64,000 nucleotides of DNA from Octopus vulgaris (lineage: Eukaryota), in NCBI GenBank assembly GCA_951406725.2, contig OX597820.1:12958001-13022000 (forward strand), in the 5' to 3' direction. Positions 27,928-41,809 of the stretch are shown here, piece by piece; positions within the stretch are counted from its first letter, which is position 1, and each line of letters begins with the position of its first letter. The position numbers and the translations under genes were made by a program. The notes beneath the pieces were generated by a model that was not told the DNA's origin, searched no databases, and saw nothing but the letters and a program-made list of their open reading frames with translations.

Positions 27928-28979
27928 TGCTTAGTATAGAGTAATTGTATTGACTGCTTAATATCTGTTTGTCTTAGCAGGGTGTGATGGTGTATGTTGT
28001 CTAATGTATTAAGCGGTGCGTTGTCAACTGTGTAGTGTGTACTGAGAAGGGGATAAGAAAAAGGGTAGGTATTGAGTCCGCGGACACGAGCATTCTGAGA
28101 AGAAATTTTCTTCTCTCTGGAAGCTAGAGATGGAGGATGCAGCATACTGAGCATCACCATAATGGAGAAGCATTACCCTAAAAATGTTCCGCAAATCGAT
28201 CAGCCACTTTAAACAATGCAAATACATCGGCAAAGAGAGCATTTGAAACCGCCAGAAGCGTTTTCTAAAGTATAACTGAAAACTTTGATGATTTAGCAGT
28301 GATTACTAAGTTTAGTGAGCGTGATGGTATTGGGAAAAATGGACAAGAGTGAAAATGGGTGAGAGTAGGATCTGAGTGGGTCCAAAGAGAAATATTGTAA
28401 CTCGGATTACCAAGCGGCTACAATGGATTATATATATACTTGAAAATGGTGCTATCCTCACATGGATAGCCGGCTTCAGCTTGATTATGTGAGACAATTT
28501 TCCTCATGTTAGTCATACAGCCGAAAGTAGTTTAAATTAATACCTAATGAACAATTTCCTATATCTGTGGTTAGTGGGAAAATGATTATGTATTCAATGT
28601 AGGAAGACTTTATCTCAGTGAAACTCAAAGTTTAGAGGGAAGTGTGTACAAACAAGTGATATTACAGCATCTTTTCTTTGTAAAACTGAGGCTTTAGTTC
28701 CTCTAATTTTATCCTTGGATCCGGTCTCATATAGCACGGTGATATAGTAAGCAGTTGCCGATGTTTTTCTACTGGGTTTTCAATGCTAATGAGTATCATG
28801 GACCCGTGTTTCTGTAAATACGCTTTTCATCTGATTTTCTAAATTATTTCAATTACCTCTGCTTGAATCTAGTTTGACATACACGGATTCAATCATCGCT
28901 ACAGAGTTTTCATGGAGCAAATATCAAATGTCTTTCTTATTTTGTCTAAAGTGTACTTACTTAAGATTTTGGGACATCA

Positions 28980-29340
28980 AACACGCCGTCTGAGTATTGA
29001 GAAAAATTTGGCGGTGCCCAAGTGGAAGAGACATGAGACTAGATAGCTTCGAGGAAGAGAAGCCATTCTACAAGCTATAGACAGAATTATATACCTATCA
29101 GCCAGTGGATGGTCCGTCGTCTGTTAGTGATTGAAACCCAGTTAGCCGAATGGCTCTTCTTTGGATGCAAACCAGGATGTGGTGTGCATTGCTCGTTACT
29201 TTTTAAAAGTATATTTATTAAAATAGGAATCGAACTAATGTGCTTGAAACCTTTTTTTTTTTGTACTCCCAGTATCTTTATATTATCGGTATTCATTTGA
29301 TCGATGATAAAGGGAATGCAGGTCATGTTTACCACTCTTG
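28980..29340 (-). pseudogene. Highly decayed LINE RT C-terminal remnant (CR1/Jockey group, uncertain)
   Basis: Scattered motifs DNIKILGV, HISSI, SKRRAIRLTG and YSL*NGFSSSKLSSLM resemble LINE thumb-region sequence. Confidence 0.4.
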
Positions 29341-30488
29341 GAGACTATTTCAGCAGTGCTTATATGCATAATTCTAATGAATTAATGAATGCTAAAGTAT
29401 CTTCAGGAGCCGCAGTAAAATAAATGCCTTCATTTTAGTTTACTATTTCAGTGTAATAGATGTAAGGCACTTTGGAATGTCATTATCAGCGTGAGATTAC
29501 CAAGTGTATTATTGCAATGAATAGAAATCAGTTCATGACAACGCTTCGACAAAAGCCTGACACTATTTTATGACATCTGTCAATCTAAGCCCCATAATTC
29601 AAAGGGCCGGGGAGAGAGGGAGTTGATTATATGAGATTTCTAGTGTATTTGTGTTGTATTTGAATGAGAACACAAACCAGATTGGAAATTCAGTTCTAGA
29701 GGAGCTTCTCCGTTTCTCTACACTCTAAACCAGACTTTTCACCCATTATACCGCAATATAGTCTGAAAATGTGCTACGAATTTTCAGCCGAACCGGAACA
29801 TGTTCGTACATTTAGAAAGCTTTCTTGATTTTAATGCACAGCACAGGATATGATATATTTATTTTTCTTTATGGTCAAATGCAATGCATGCATCCATCGT
29901 GTTTAAGACAATTTTAGTAAACGGCTTTTATGTAGTAAATATTTTTGTGTTGGTCGTGTTCTGCAATCATTTAATGCGGTATTCATTGATCCGTGAATCA
30001 AAAACTGTTGTAAAATACTTTTTAAGTAATAGCAATAAAGCACATGAAAATAACAACAACATCAACTACAAAAACATGAACTATAATGTATCTTCATATC
30101 AAACATTATCATTTTTGCACGAGGGGAACATGCGAGTGGCCAAGTGATCAGGCTGCTGCTCTCATGGTCATGGGTTCAACTCCCGGAACAGGCGGCATGT
30201 TGTGTTCTCAACCAAACCACTTCACTTTACGTCGCTCTATTACTGTTTAGAAGCCAACATCTCAAAACGTAGAGTCAACGTTTTCTCTGGGTTTCATAAA
30301 AAGCGAATGAAAGAGGTTGAGGTAGAATCAGCACTCCGGTCTCGTAAAACCCTCGTCAATAACGATTACCCAAACAGACGCATGGGCTCAAGCGTTGACA
30401 CCTGAGTACTTCAAAGTGTCATCCTCCAGGTGTAGAGGGCCACCAATAAATGGTGGATGCAGCGACGCACTGTTACAGTGCATTCCAC

Positions 30489-30502
30489 CTACTACTACTG
30501 AA

Positions 30503-30579
<77 letters not shown>

Positions 30580-30611
30580 GGCTGCTGCTGCTGCTGTTGT
30601 TGTTGTTGTTT
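30489..30611. repeat. Compound (ACT)n(GCT)n(GTT)n microsatellite
   Basis: Seen directly. Confidence 0.95.
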
Positions 30612-31491
30612 TTAAGCAACAAGACTGGTATGGGTGATTAGGTGATGGTCTAGGGCTTAGGGGCGGGAGACCCCAGACCTTGGAAAAAAAAAAACTTTGG
30701 TCGTCTTGTTGTAGTCGTGGGCTCTTCATTGACGCCCGACACCACTGTGAGGTGGCCCTCGAAGTCGCTGGAAATGGAGATCTTCAGGTCCAAATTCTTG
30801 GACGGCTGCAGCTGCTGCTGTTGTTCCTACTACTAATAATAATAATACTACTACTACTACTACTATTGAATATGCAACTCAGTACTTGACTGGTACTTGG
30901 ATTTTCAGCGGATGAGTCAAAGTTAACATCAATTAGTTAAACTCAGAACCGACGTCGTTATAATTGTCGTCTCGGTCACCGCCGCCACCACAGCAACATT
31001 ATCGTCTTCGTCGTCATCCTCATCCTCATCCTTCTCCTCCTCCTCATCATCATCTTCAAAAACAGTGTCATCGTTGCCTTATGTAAACATTGCAGATAAA
31101 TGTAAACAAATTTATGGAAATTAGAATGATAATAAAGAGAGACAGAACATAACATGAAACAGACAAAAAAAGTCAGTGATTCAAAGAAGAAGAAGAAGAT
31201 GAGGAGAAGGGCGGAGGCGAGGCGAGGCGAATAAGAGCAATAGCAACAATTTGAATAGCAATGAAATTCTATGAATGAAAGTTGGAGCAGAATTTGAAAG
31301 CGCATTCACTTGAGGGCAAAAATATACAACGATAAAACAAAGAAAAAAAGAGACAGAAACTTTGTTGGTTACTTTGATTTTAATGTCAACATTAACGAAT
31401 GATCGAACATTTTAATGTCTTGGTAGCAGGAAAGCATTAGATTATAAAGAAAAAACAACACCATCTCAGTGAAGAAAAAGATGCACTTCTA

Positions 31492-31531
<40 letters not shown>

Positions 31532-31534
31532 TAC

Positions 31535-31585
<51 letters not shown>

Positions 31586-31784
31586 GAAATACTACGGCGA
31601 GACACTCGTATCAAAACACAGACAAGCAACTAGTGTATTAAATTCTTTCAACGTTTCATTTTTATGCGGTGAAGTTCTTAAATCGTTTCGTGAGCTTAAT
31701 GCCAAAATGTAGTTCTAGATTTCATAGTTAAAAATATAACAACAACAACAACAACAACAACAGCAATAATATTAATAATAATAA

Positions 31785-32753
31785 CAAGTTGCGACACGAC
31801 GATCAGGTGGTAGCAAGAAGTGCTACATTGGAAAATGTAAAAGAAGGGGGCTAGAGAGAGGCAAGACTTGGTATGAGCACAAACCTCAGAGAACGGCGGA
31901 GTCGGAGACTAGCAAAATCCTCTGGGATTTCCCAATCCAAACAGATCAGGGGCTAACAGACCGGATCTAGTGGTGGTGGACAAGGTGCACCACATAGGCT
32001 ATATAGTTGATGCTGTATGCCCCTTTGACCCACGAATAGTCATGAAGGAGAATGGAAAGGTTAATAAATACAACGCTCTTAAGTACGAAATGGCCCGGCT
32101 ATGGAAAATGAAGACGGTAAAGATGGTGCCAATTATTGTTGGGTCCTCGGGAACAGTATCAGAAGGCATCAAGGAAAATATAGAGGAAATTGGAATAGAG
32201 GAATAGGCGCAGGAGTGGCTGTGTGGTAAGTAGCTTGCTAACCAACCACACGGTTGCGGGTTCAGTCCCACTGCGTGGCATCTTGGGCAAGTGTCTTCTG
32301 CTATAGCCTCGGGCCGACCAATGCCTTGTGAGTGGATTTGGTAGACGGAAACTGGAAGAAGCCTGTCGTATATATGTATATATATGTATATGTGTGTGTG
32401 TTTGTGTGTCTGTGGTTGTCCCCCTAGCATTGCTTGACAACCGATGCTGGTGTGTTTAGGTCCCCGTCACTTAGCGGTTCGCAAAAAGAGACCGATAGAA
32501 TAAGTACTAAAAGGTGGTGCTCCAGCATGGCCGCAGTCAAATGACTGAAACAAGTAAAAGAGAAAAAAAGAGAGTAAAAGAGAGTGCCATGTAGAACTGT
32601 TACAAAAGGTGTGCATCCTTGGCGCGGTCAGATAAATTAGGAAAGTATTAGATAGCTGAAAAGAATGGATAGTATGGTACCGAATGCTACAGGTAGCAAG
32701 CCAGCTACCCATGCTAGACTCCAGGAGCTCCAGCCAAACCTGTGAAGAAGAGA

Positions 32754-32754
<1 letters not shown>
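31785..32754 (+). mobile_element. R4/Dong-like LINE 3' fragment, interrupted by a SINE A copy
   Basis: KTWYEHKPQRTAESETSKILWDFPIQTD..RPDLVVVDK..YIVDAVCPFD..KVNKYNAL..VPIIVGSSG, then SINE, then CHVELLQKVCILGAVR*IRKVLDS*. (AAT)n on both sides. Confidence 0.8.
32206..32580 (+). mobile_element. SINE family A inserted into the Dong-like ORF
   Basis: Consensus head and tail with an internal deletion. The LINE frame resumes after it. Confidence 0.9.
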
Positions 32755-32793
<39 letters not shown>

Positions 32794-32794
<1 letters not shown>

Positions 32795-33847
32795 GCGGCA
32801 AAACACGAGCAAAACAAAAAACTGTTCTCAGTATTTAAGGAAGCTGACAAATACAAACAAGAAATCATACCACCTAATAAACATGAAGAAGAAGAAGAAG
32901 AAGATGAAGAAACAACAAAAGCTATAAAAAAAATGAAATCCAAACTAAAAATAGAACAGCAACGAACCATGATAAAACGATGGCAAGAAAAGCCCCTTCA
33001 TGGTAAATACTGGACTAAACTAAACGCAAAAGAAATAGACAAAGAAAAATCCCAGCAATGGTTGAGAAGCTCAGGACTCAAAGCAGAAACAGAGGGATTT
33101 TTAATTGCAGCACAAGACCAAAGCCTCCCCACCAGAAATTACCAAAAACATGTAATGAAAAGAAATATTACAAGTAACTGCAGAATATGTGGAGATGGAC
33201 AAGAAACAATAAATCATATTATCTCTAGCTGCCCAGTCCTGGCTAAGAAGGAATATATTCACAGACATGACAGAGTTGGAACTTACATACATTGGAAGCT
33301 ATGCCAACATTATGGAATAACAACAGAAAAAAGATGGTATAGGCACACACCAGAAAAGGTCACAGAAAACGAGAAAGCAACCATACTCTGGGATATGCCG
33401 ATACACACAGATAGAGAAATTAAGGCCAACAGACCAGATATAGTTGTCAGAGACCATGAAGAAAAAAATGCTTTCTAATTGATGTATCAGTACCGGCAGA
33501 TGACAACGTGTCTCTAAAAGAAATGGAGAAACTCTCAAAATACAAAGACCTGGAAATAGAGGTAACTAGAATGTGGAATCTGAAAACAGAAACAATTCCT
33601 ATCATAGTAGGTGCATTAGGCATGATAAAAAAATATTCAGACAAATACATAACAAAAACACCAGGACTTACAAACACATATAACATACAGAAAATTGCAC
33701 TACTAGGCACTGCACACATCCTACGCAGAACACTTTCCATACAATAACCATCAGAGCATCACAACAAATCACAGCACATACCCAAGGCACACAGAGCTGC
33801 GCTCGGTAGTGAAGTGAAAGCACGCTATAAAAATAAAAATAAAACTA

Positions 33848-33851
<4 letters not shown>
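32794..33851 (+). mobile_element. 5'-truncated R4/Dong-like LINE (RLE domain), relatively young
   Basis: ORFs 32933-33478 and 33508-33747 (frameshift at the A-run near 33465) give W.EKPLHG, AAQDQSL, CRICGDGQETINHIISSC (CCHC), RHD, RPDIVV and KLSKYKDL, a restriction-like endonuclease. Flanked by (AAT)n. Confidence 0.9.
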
Positions 33852-33897
<46 letters not shown>

Positions 33898-34544
33898 TAG
33901 TGGGGGAGCATAAAAGTAGTGGGGGAGCATAAAAGTAGTGGGGGAGCATCAAAGCAGTGGGGGAGAATCAAAGTAGTGGGGGAGCATCAATGCCCTAATG
34001 CACTACCAGGCAGTGGCTCTCATGGCTTCTGATCTTAACTGATTGGAAGTGTTATCATGTACATTGTTTTGTCTTGGTATAAAAGATGGGCTATAGCAAA
34101 TATTCTGCTCAATACCACAGATTTGCTTGTCAGTTGTTTGACCTTAACCAGTTGAGCATGTCCCTTAGTGGCTGACGATATGTGCATCTCTGATCACGAG
34201 CAGAAGTAGTGGGGGAGCATCATAGCCATGTGTTGAGAGCGATTCTTTGGGGTTTGAATAATTCACCTCTGGAAACATGGGTGGTTCTTTCAACATCCTT
34301 AAACAACCCTTATTCAGGGACCTTTTGAGCTGGATGGGCTACTCAACCTGAAGAAAATTTTAACTGGGCCCCACCTGCAAGGTCATGTGCTGTTTATCTT
34401 GATATGAGATCACCATGTCGCGTACATATGGTTGTGATGCATGTGCCTGGTGTACCTTATCAGACGGGTAGTCATGATGGGTATATTGGGCTTCGTATAT
34501 TTTACCCCAGTGTCACTTTGATGGCATGAACTGCTCTCTCATTC
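33898..34544 (+). mobile_element. Non-coding (AAT)n-inserted retroelement, family D
   Basis: Near-identical reverse copy at 46105-46627 and partial copy at 47070-47270. Begins with five roughly 19-20 bp AGTAGTGGGGGAGCAT(C)AAA repeats. (AAT)n on both sides. Confidence 0.8.
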
Positions 34545-34551
34545 AATAATG

Positions 34552-34617
<66 letters not shown>

Positions 34618-34762
34618 TATAAATGTAAAGATAAGCGAGTTAAGGAGGTCAATAAACAATGTATATTAAATACATGAAATACAAAAATTGTTTACGTACA
34701 TAAACGTCTGACTTACACAAAATAGAATTGATGTCAAGAATTAAAGGTGTTGACGAAAAGTA

Positions 34763-34996
34763 CAGTAATCCCTCGACTATCGCGTGTTTTACGTTCCAAA
34801 ATCCACCGCGAAAGGTGAAAATCCGCGAAGTAGAAACAGTACAGTACTGTATATATATTTATTATTTTCATGATTTGTATATATTTATTTTATACTAAAC
34901 GCAAAACAACGTCACAGAGGAATCGATGTAAGCTTAAATGATAAACCGCGGTATTGAACCGCGAAGGTTGAACCGCAATATGGCGAGGGATTTCTG
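34763..34996. mobile_element. Tigger/pogo-like MITE
   Basis: Terminal inverted repeats CAGTAATCCCTCG / CGAGGGATTTCTG with TA on both sides and internal CCGCGAA repeats. Confidence 0.8.
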
Positions 34997-35383
34997 TATT
35001 ACAAGTTCAAAAGCTGTTGCTGGGGCTTCGGTGGTCTAAAATAATATTTGTAGATTGATTCTACTATAGGATGCGATGAACCCCAACCTTCAGGGTTGTG
35101 AACTTACATTTGAGATGTTGACTTCAACCCATTTAATACTTAAATTCAACCCCTTAAATTCTTTTATCGGTATGCTGGGCCTTTTTGCATGTAAACATAT
35201 ATTAATTTTGTTTGTATTTCATGTATTTAAAATACTTTGTACATCGACCCGCCTGACACTCAATCCTTGCATTTACTTCGCTACCCGCTCAAGTTTAAAC
35301 CTCTTGAGCGAATGTTCTATACAAAGTAAATATCTGATTTTCATCTATGAACTATATACATATACATACATACATAATCATAC

Positions 35384-35422
<39 letters not shown>

Positions 35423-36188
35423 CATAGAACAATAGTCGACAATTACAAATCCTACATGCGCAATGACCCAGAGCATTCAACATTTCAAATGGCGATATAC
35501 ATTTTACAGTACAATTTTAATGTTTCAACTTATGAATTGTAGTGTATGTCATATTCAATTTTTCTAGATCGCAAGATAAACCTCTTAACAGAATCACTAA
35601 TAAAACCTTTGAAAGTAGACTAACCGTGAAGTCCTCTATAACGTCGTATCATAAAGATCGTCAAAATTACAGACTCAATTTAATGGTTCTTGAACATCTA
35701 TGCAATCATTTGAATTTTACTTTGAAGGGAAGACTGAAATATTTCTTATCTTTTGAATTATCGAATTATACCTCGTTTCTTATTTAATTCATGAGATAGT
35801 AATTCTCTATTTGCAATAACAACAACTGTGTGGCATCGCGTTTCTTATATGAAATCTTTGAATGGTTATCACCTGAATCCTAATAAATAGAAATCTAAAC
35901 TCTGTTACAAACACATGATCTTTAGAAGTTCTTCAAAGTGCTGCATTAGTGGGGAGTGCAGGGTTGGAAAGAGAGAATTCAATTCTCTGATGCAATTGTT
36001 CAAGAGCTTGCGGGTAAAATTAGCTGTTTGGTTCAATAAATATACTGAATAGTTAAATCCTTGGTTCGATGTATCTGTCCTCTCACAGAACAGTTGTATC
36101 CAAAATACCGCGCGTTGTTTCCTGTAAGGTACGTCTTCATGTGCCCTGAGATATACCGAGCTGTGCCGTGAGATATATCTAGGTGTAC

Positions 36189-36253
<65 letters not shown>

Positions 36254-36602
36254 AGAGGAAAAATTTTAATAAGGCAGAATGCTAAATTGAAAGTAAATTT
36301 TAATAAAAATGGGTGTATGGAAAATTAAAAATGAAAACATAATAAATCAAACCGGTTTACAGGGCAAGGCAAATTTTCAAAATTTGGAAGGGGAAATGAA
36401 AAGGTATACATATACAAGGAAAATTAGAAAATCACATGTCATTTAATTTCTGGTTCAATAATTGTTTATTTTCATCAACATGAAGCTTTGGGTTCCAGAA
36501 AGTATAAGAGTTTAACCACTTCTTTGGTTTTTGAGTATTTATTCTTCCGCTACGTTATTAATACATCACGTTTATGTGTATGCGTGTGTGTTTGTGTGTG
36601 AG

Positions 36603-36982
36603 TGGTGGAGGCGCAATGGCCCAGTGGTTAGGGCAGTGGACTCGCGGGCGTAGGATCGCGGTTTCGATTCCCAGACCGGGCGTTGTGAGTGTTTATTGAG
36701 CGAAAACACTTAAAACTCCACAGGGCTCCGACAAGGGGTGATGTGAACCCTGCTGTACTCTTTCACCACAAATTTCTCTTACACTTTTTTCCTGTTTCTG
36801 TTGTATCTGTATTTCAAAGGGCCACCCTTGTCGCACTCTCTCTCTCAAGCTGAATCTCACCGAGAACTAAGTGTACACGTGTCTGTGGAGTGCTCAGCCA
36901 CTTGCACGTTAATTTCACGAGTAGGCTGTTCGTTGATCGGATCAACTGGGGCCCTCATCGTCGTAACCGACAGAGTGCCACA
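36603..36982 (+). mobile_element. tRNA-headed SINE, further family
   Basis: A-box TGGCCCAGTGG and B-box GTTTCGATTCC, followed by a roughly 300 bp non-tRNA body. Confidence 0.75.
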
Positions 36983-37937
36983 AGTGTGTGTGAGCGCTCG
37001 TTTGTGAGTTTGCATGTTATTTGCATTACACAGTGTTAGTAAAATATCTATCTCTCTCTCTCTCTATATATATATATATACATACATATATATATATATA
37101 TATATGAATAAAAAAATGGAGTTTACAACAGAAAGTAAAAATATTTGATTACACCTGCGTTGACTCCATTTTCTTATTCATATTATTCAAAATATTCAAC
37201 GTAAACACGAAGTTTCTACCTTTATAAACAAGGAGTTACAACACCTTTACTTGTGAGATTTTTGCTGCCCTGGCAACTATTTATTTATTTTTTCCGTGTT
37301 AATTGTTAACAAGGTAAAATACACTCATCTATTTACATATATATATATATATATATAGGAAGAGAGAGAGAGAGAGAGAGTAAAAGAGAGAGAGAGAGAG
37401 AGATAACGGAAAATAGACCGTCCTAAAATTTAGATATTTAAAAAGTGGCCCCCAAAACCCGACTTGTTAGTTGAGAAAAGAAATAGATAGTATCTGTCCT
37501 ATAAGTGTTAGGGAGAGATTGAAAGCCAGATATTGAGTAAGGGAAACAAAACTCGAATAAGAATAAAAGAGACATCTGTAAGAAAAGATGGCTTTAAAGT
37601 ATTGATAACTGGAGGAATATAAATATTTATATATATTGATAATGAATGAAAATAAATGGATATATGTATGTATGTGTGTATATATATTAGAAGAAATGAG
37701 GTACTCAGAAATTTGGATTCACAGATATTTATTAATATGTCACATGTTTTTATAAATCATTTATTAGCGCTTGCGTCTACTCTAGTGGAATCGTGCATGT
37801 ATATAGTATGTATGTAAACATTCATGCATGCATGTATGTATGTCATTATTCAGTTTGTTTCAAGATTTTTTGCCAATAGAGAACTGGTTTCCAACATAGA
37901 TCTAACATTGATCCAACAATAGGGTATTTTTGTTTGT

Positions 37938-37981
<44 letters not shown>

Positions 37982-37984
<3 letters not shown>

Positions 37985-38314
37985 AAAATATTAGGGAATA
38001 AATCCAAACTTACAGGGAAAAATCAGATTTAGGATTGAATCCAATTTTATAGTAAAATATAATATTAAATTAGAGATAAAACCACTAGTAAAATCATTGA
38101 AAAACTTAAGACAATTTATTTAAGATTTATTAATTTATATTATTTTAATATATATCAAAATTATTAAAAAACGATCGTAGTGTTATACTAATTATCTTTT
38201 TTTAATAATTTTGATATATATTTAAAATAATACAAATTAATTAATCTTATGTATTGGCTTAAGTTTTTCATTGTATGATTTGCCTAATTTGGATTTATCT
38301 CTATACTTAATATA

Positions 38315-38316
<2 letters not shown>
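37982..38316. mobile_element. Inverted-repeat-plus-extension element in (TA)n (PLE-type)
   Basis: TTAGAGATAAAACCACTAG...AAAAACTTAAG is inverted at CTTAAGTTTTT...GATTTATCTCTA. A related single arm lies at 15105-15180. Confidence 0.55.
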
Positions 38317-38390
<74 letters not shown>

Positions 38391-38786
38391 GTGCATGTCT
38401 GTATATGCGCATGTTCGCATGCATATGTGTGTATGTCTGAGTGAGCATGGCCTTCCCACAATGCTCGCTGTTCATTAGTCTGTTGTTGAATATAAACTTA
38501 TCCATTAAAAACCCTTTTTTTTTTTAGCACTCACACACGCATATTTATATATACGAGCATGTCGATAGTGAAGGGAACTTCCCCTCCACTAATCCCCTAT
38601 AGAATGATTTGGTTGTGTTGCAGTCGCTCAAGGTCGACCCGAGACGGCATAGTTGCGCGAGTGCAATTCGACGGTCGCTGTGCCATACGCCCTACATCGG
38701 CCTCTTTTTGATCCACGACTGTAGTTTAGTTATGGAGACGAGCGGCGGAAAAAGTGCGCCTCACAAACGGCGACCTTCAAGTAAGT

Positions 38787-39078
<292 letters not shown>

Positions 39079-39485
39079 TACTAAATATGTGAAAGTAAAT
39101 GAACTCTTATTATTAAAATGATTTGCGAAGCTTGAGGTGATAAGCTTAGGAATAAGATATGAAAATTAGGGTGAATTTATAGAAAGACGTGTAATAGTTC
39201 CACGGATACACGTCTTTTATTGTTGATACCGTTTCCATAATTAAGATCTTTACTGAGATACAAGTGGAAATGATTATCGTAATTAGCCTAAGATGATGAT
39301 CAGTGGAGGCTGACGTTATAGAAGTGATTCTATTGGGGAAGATGCTGGGGGAAAATGCAGATGTGTTTATGATGACGGTGACGGTTGTGGTGTTAGAAGA
39401 GAAGCTGTGGACATTGAAGATTTACTGGTGGATATGACCATAGTTATAAGGGATTAATACGTTTTGGCTACATTAGAAAATTATA

Positions 39486-39898
39486 GGCGTAGGAGTGGCT
39501 GTGTGGTAAGTAGCTTGCTTACCAACCACATGGTTCCGGGTTCAGTCCCACTACGTGGCACCTTGGGCAAGTGTCTTCTACTATAGCCTCAGGCCGACCA
39601 AAACCTTGTGAGTGGATTTGGTAGACGGAAACTGAAAGCCCGTCGTATATACGTATATCTACGTATGTACGCGTGTGCGTATATGTTTGTGTGTCGGTGT
39701 TTGTCCCCCCAACATCGCTTGGCAACCGATGCTGGTGTGTTTACGTCCCCTTAATTTAGCGGTTCGGTAAAAAGAGACCGATAGAATAAGTACTAGGCTT
39801 ACAAAGATTAAGTCCTGGGGTCGATTTGCTGGACTAAAGTCAGTGGTCCCACATGACCACAGTCAAATGACTGAAACAAGAAAAAGAGTAAGAGAGTA
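39486..39898 (+). mobile_element. SINE family A, full length
   Basis: Matches 3594-4027. Confidence 0.9.
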
Positions 39899-39919
39899 TT
39901 GTTTTCTTATTTTCTATCT

Positions 39920-40372
39920 ATTACTTGTTTCAGTTATTGTATTATGGTCATGCTGGAGCACCACCTTGAAAGGTTCAGTCGAACATGTTGTCCCCAGATG
40001 ATATTATTTTTGAAAGTCTTTTTACTTATTTTATGGGATACTTTTGCCGGAACGCTAATACAAAGGGGATGGTGAGAAACCAGCACCGGATGTCAAGCGC
40101 TGGAGGAGACAAACACGGACACAAGGACTCATATATACGTAACACACAAATACACATACATCATACACATAGAAGCACACACGCACACACACATACAATA
40201 ACAACAACAACAACAACATACACAAACGCACGTATACATACGGGTTTCCTCATAGTTGGTCTAACAAATTCAATCACAGCCCGAAGCTATACTAGATGAC
40301 ACTTGCTGAAGGGACGTTGAACAATGGGGCTGAACCCGGAACTACAAGTTTGTAAAGCGAACTTGTTACCTA
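39920..40372 (-). mobile_element. SINE family A, old diverged copy
   Basis: TTACTTGTTTCAGT...CATGCTGGAGCACC tail and GACACTTGC...GGGCTGAACCCGGAAC head in reverse. Confidence 0.65.
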
Positions 40373-40567
40373 CAAAGTCGGTTTATGTAGTGGTGACAGA
40401 GGAAAACCATATAGAGCTGTTGATATTTTGTTATGTCTAGGGAGCGTCATCATGCCAATATTATTAACAACACACACGCACTGGTTCAATTCCACTCATT
40501 TATTTTTGTTTTTGTTTGCTTCTTGCAACCTTTTCAAAGAAATTTGACAAACAAAAACAACGACGGC

Positions 40568-40601
<34 letters not shown>

Positions 40602-40619
40602 AAAATAATAATAATGATG

Positions 40620-40685
<66 letters not shown>

Positions 40686-40907
40686 GGTGAGTGAAATTGA
40701 ACCAGTGTGTGTGTGTGTTAATTATATTGGCATAATGACTCTCCCTAAATACTAAAAAATTTGTTTCAAGACGCGAATTCACATAAAGAATCTCGCAAAC
40801 CAAGTATAAAAACGAAGATGTATTAATGCATATTCTGGATCCTTTCTGGTCAAGGAAACCTGTGGTCAAAGGTATTCCGGCTGCAACCACCTCGCCTGCG
40901 TTTTTGG

Positions 40908-41252
40908 GCATAGGAGCAAGCATGGCAATGTTGTTAAAAAGCTTGCATTGTAACCACATGGTTTCGGGTTCAGTCACACTGCGCAGCAACTTAAGCAAGT
41001 GTCTCCTATTGTAGCCCCCGGCCGACCAATGCCTTGTGAGTAAATGAGACTGACAACCGGTGTTGGTTTATTTGCATCCCCGTAACTTTGTGTTTCGGAA
41101 CACGCTACCGATAGGTTATGTACCAGCCTTCAAAAATTATTAGCATTGCAATCGATACGTTCGATTTAAACCTTTCAAGGCGCTTTCAAGGCCTTTCAAG
41201 GTGCCCCAGCATGGCCGCAGTCCACTGACAGACACAAGTAAACGATAAAAGA
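40908..41252 (+). mobile_element. SINE family A, diverged and internally deleted
   Basis: AACCACATGGTTTCGGGTTCAGTC...GGCCGACCAATGCCTTGTGAG...CCAGCATGGCCGCAGT. Confidence 0.7.
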
Positions 41253-41809
41253 CAGAGCATCTAATAGTTTTAGCAGCAGAAGTAGTAGAGCAAAATGCAA
41301 CGAAGACAGTTCGGGTAGTAGTATTAGTGTGGTCTTAGTGAGGAATGGGGAGAAATGATGTGGCGGTGGTAGTTGTGTTCGTAGTGAAGACGAATGAGGT
41401 CTAGTGTCACTAATCTTTATGGTGTTCGTGCGGATTATTATTGTTCTTGTTCATGGTTTAATGGAATTTGCTGGTGCTTTCATTGAAGATAATGGTTTGC
41501 TGTTATGGTATTTCGCTCATTTGAAGTGGTTGTGTATAAAGAAAGTTGATTAGAGATATCGCCGAGTTGGTGTTGTTTTGAAGTGATCGAAGAGCTGGAT
41601 GGATGGCAAGGCGTTTCACTGATGGTAACGAAGATGCTGGAGAAGTCCGTGCTGTTGTTGTTGTTGTTGGTGGTGGTGGGTGGTGGTTCTGTTGGTGCTG
41701 GTTCCAATAAGGAGAGGATTTTTTGACTATTGATGTCATTAGTGATAGGAGTGGTGTAATGGAAAGATGGTGTTGGGTCGGGCGATAATAGGATGCAGAT
41801 GGCGTCTTT

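Noticed and set aside
33898-33990. CRISPR-like array (also 25328-25502)
   Set aside because: Head-to-tail tandem repeats without unique spacers, in a eukaryotic context with no cas genes.
34165-34222. CTGACGA...GAAG in family D as a hammerhead
   Set aside because: It has GAAG instead of GAAA, no room for stem I and a poor stem II.
36340-36490. Minus-strand UUGAUGA...GUAAACCGGUU as a decayed hammerhead
   Set aside because: Both core halves are mutated and the stems are unconvincing; chance cannot be excluded.
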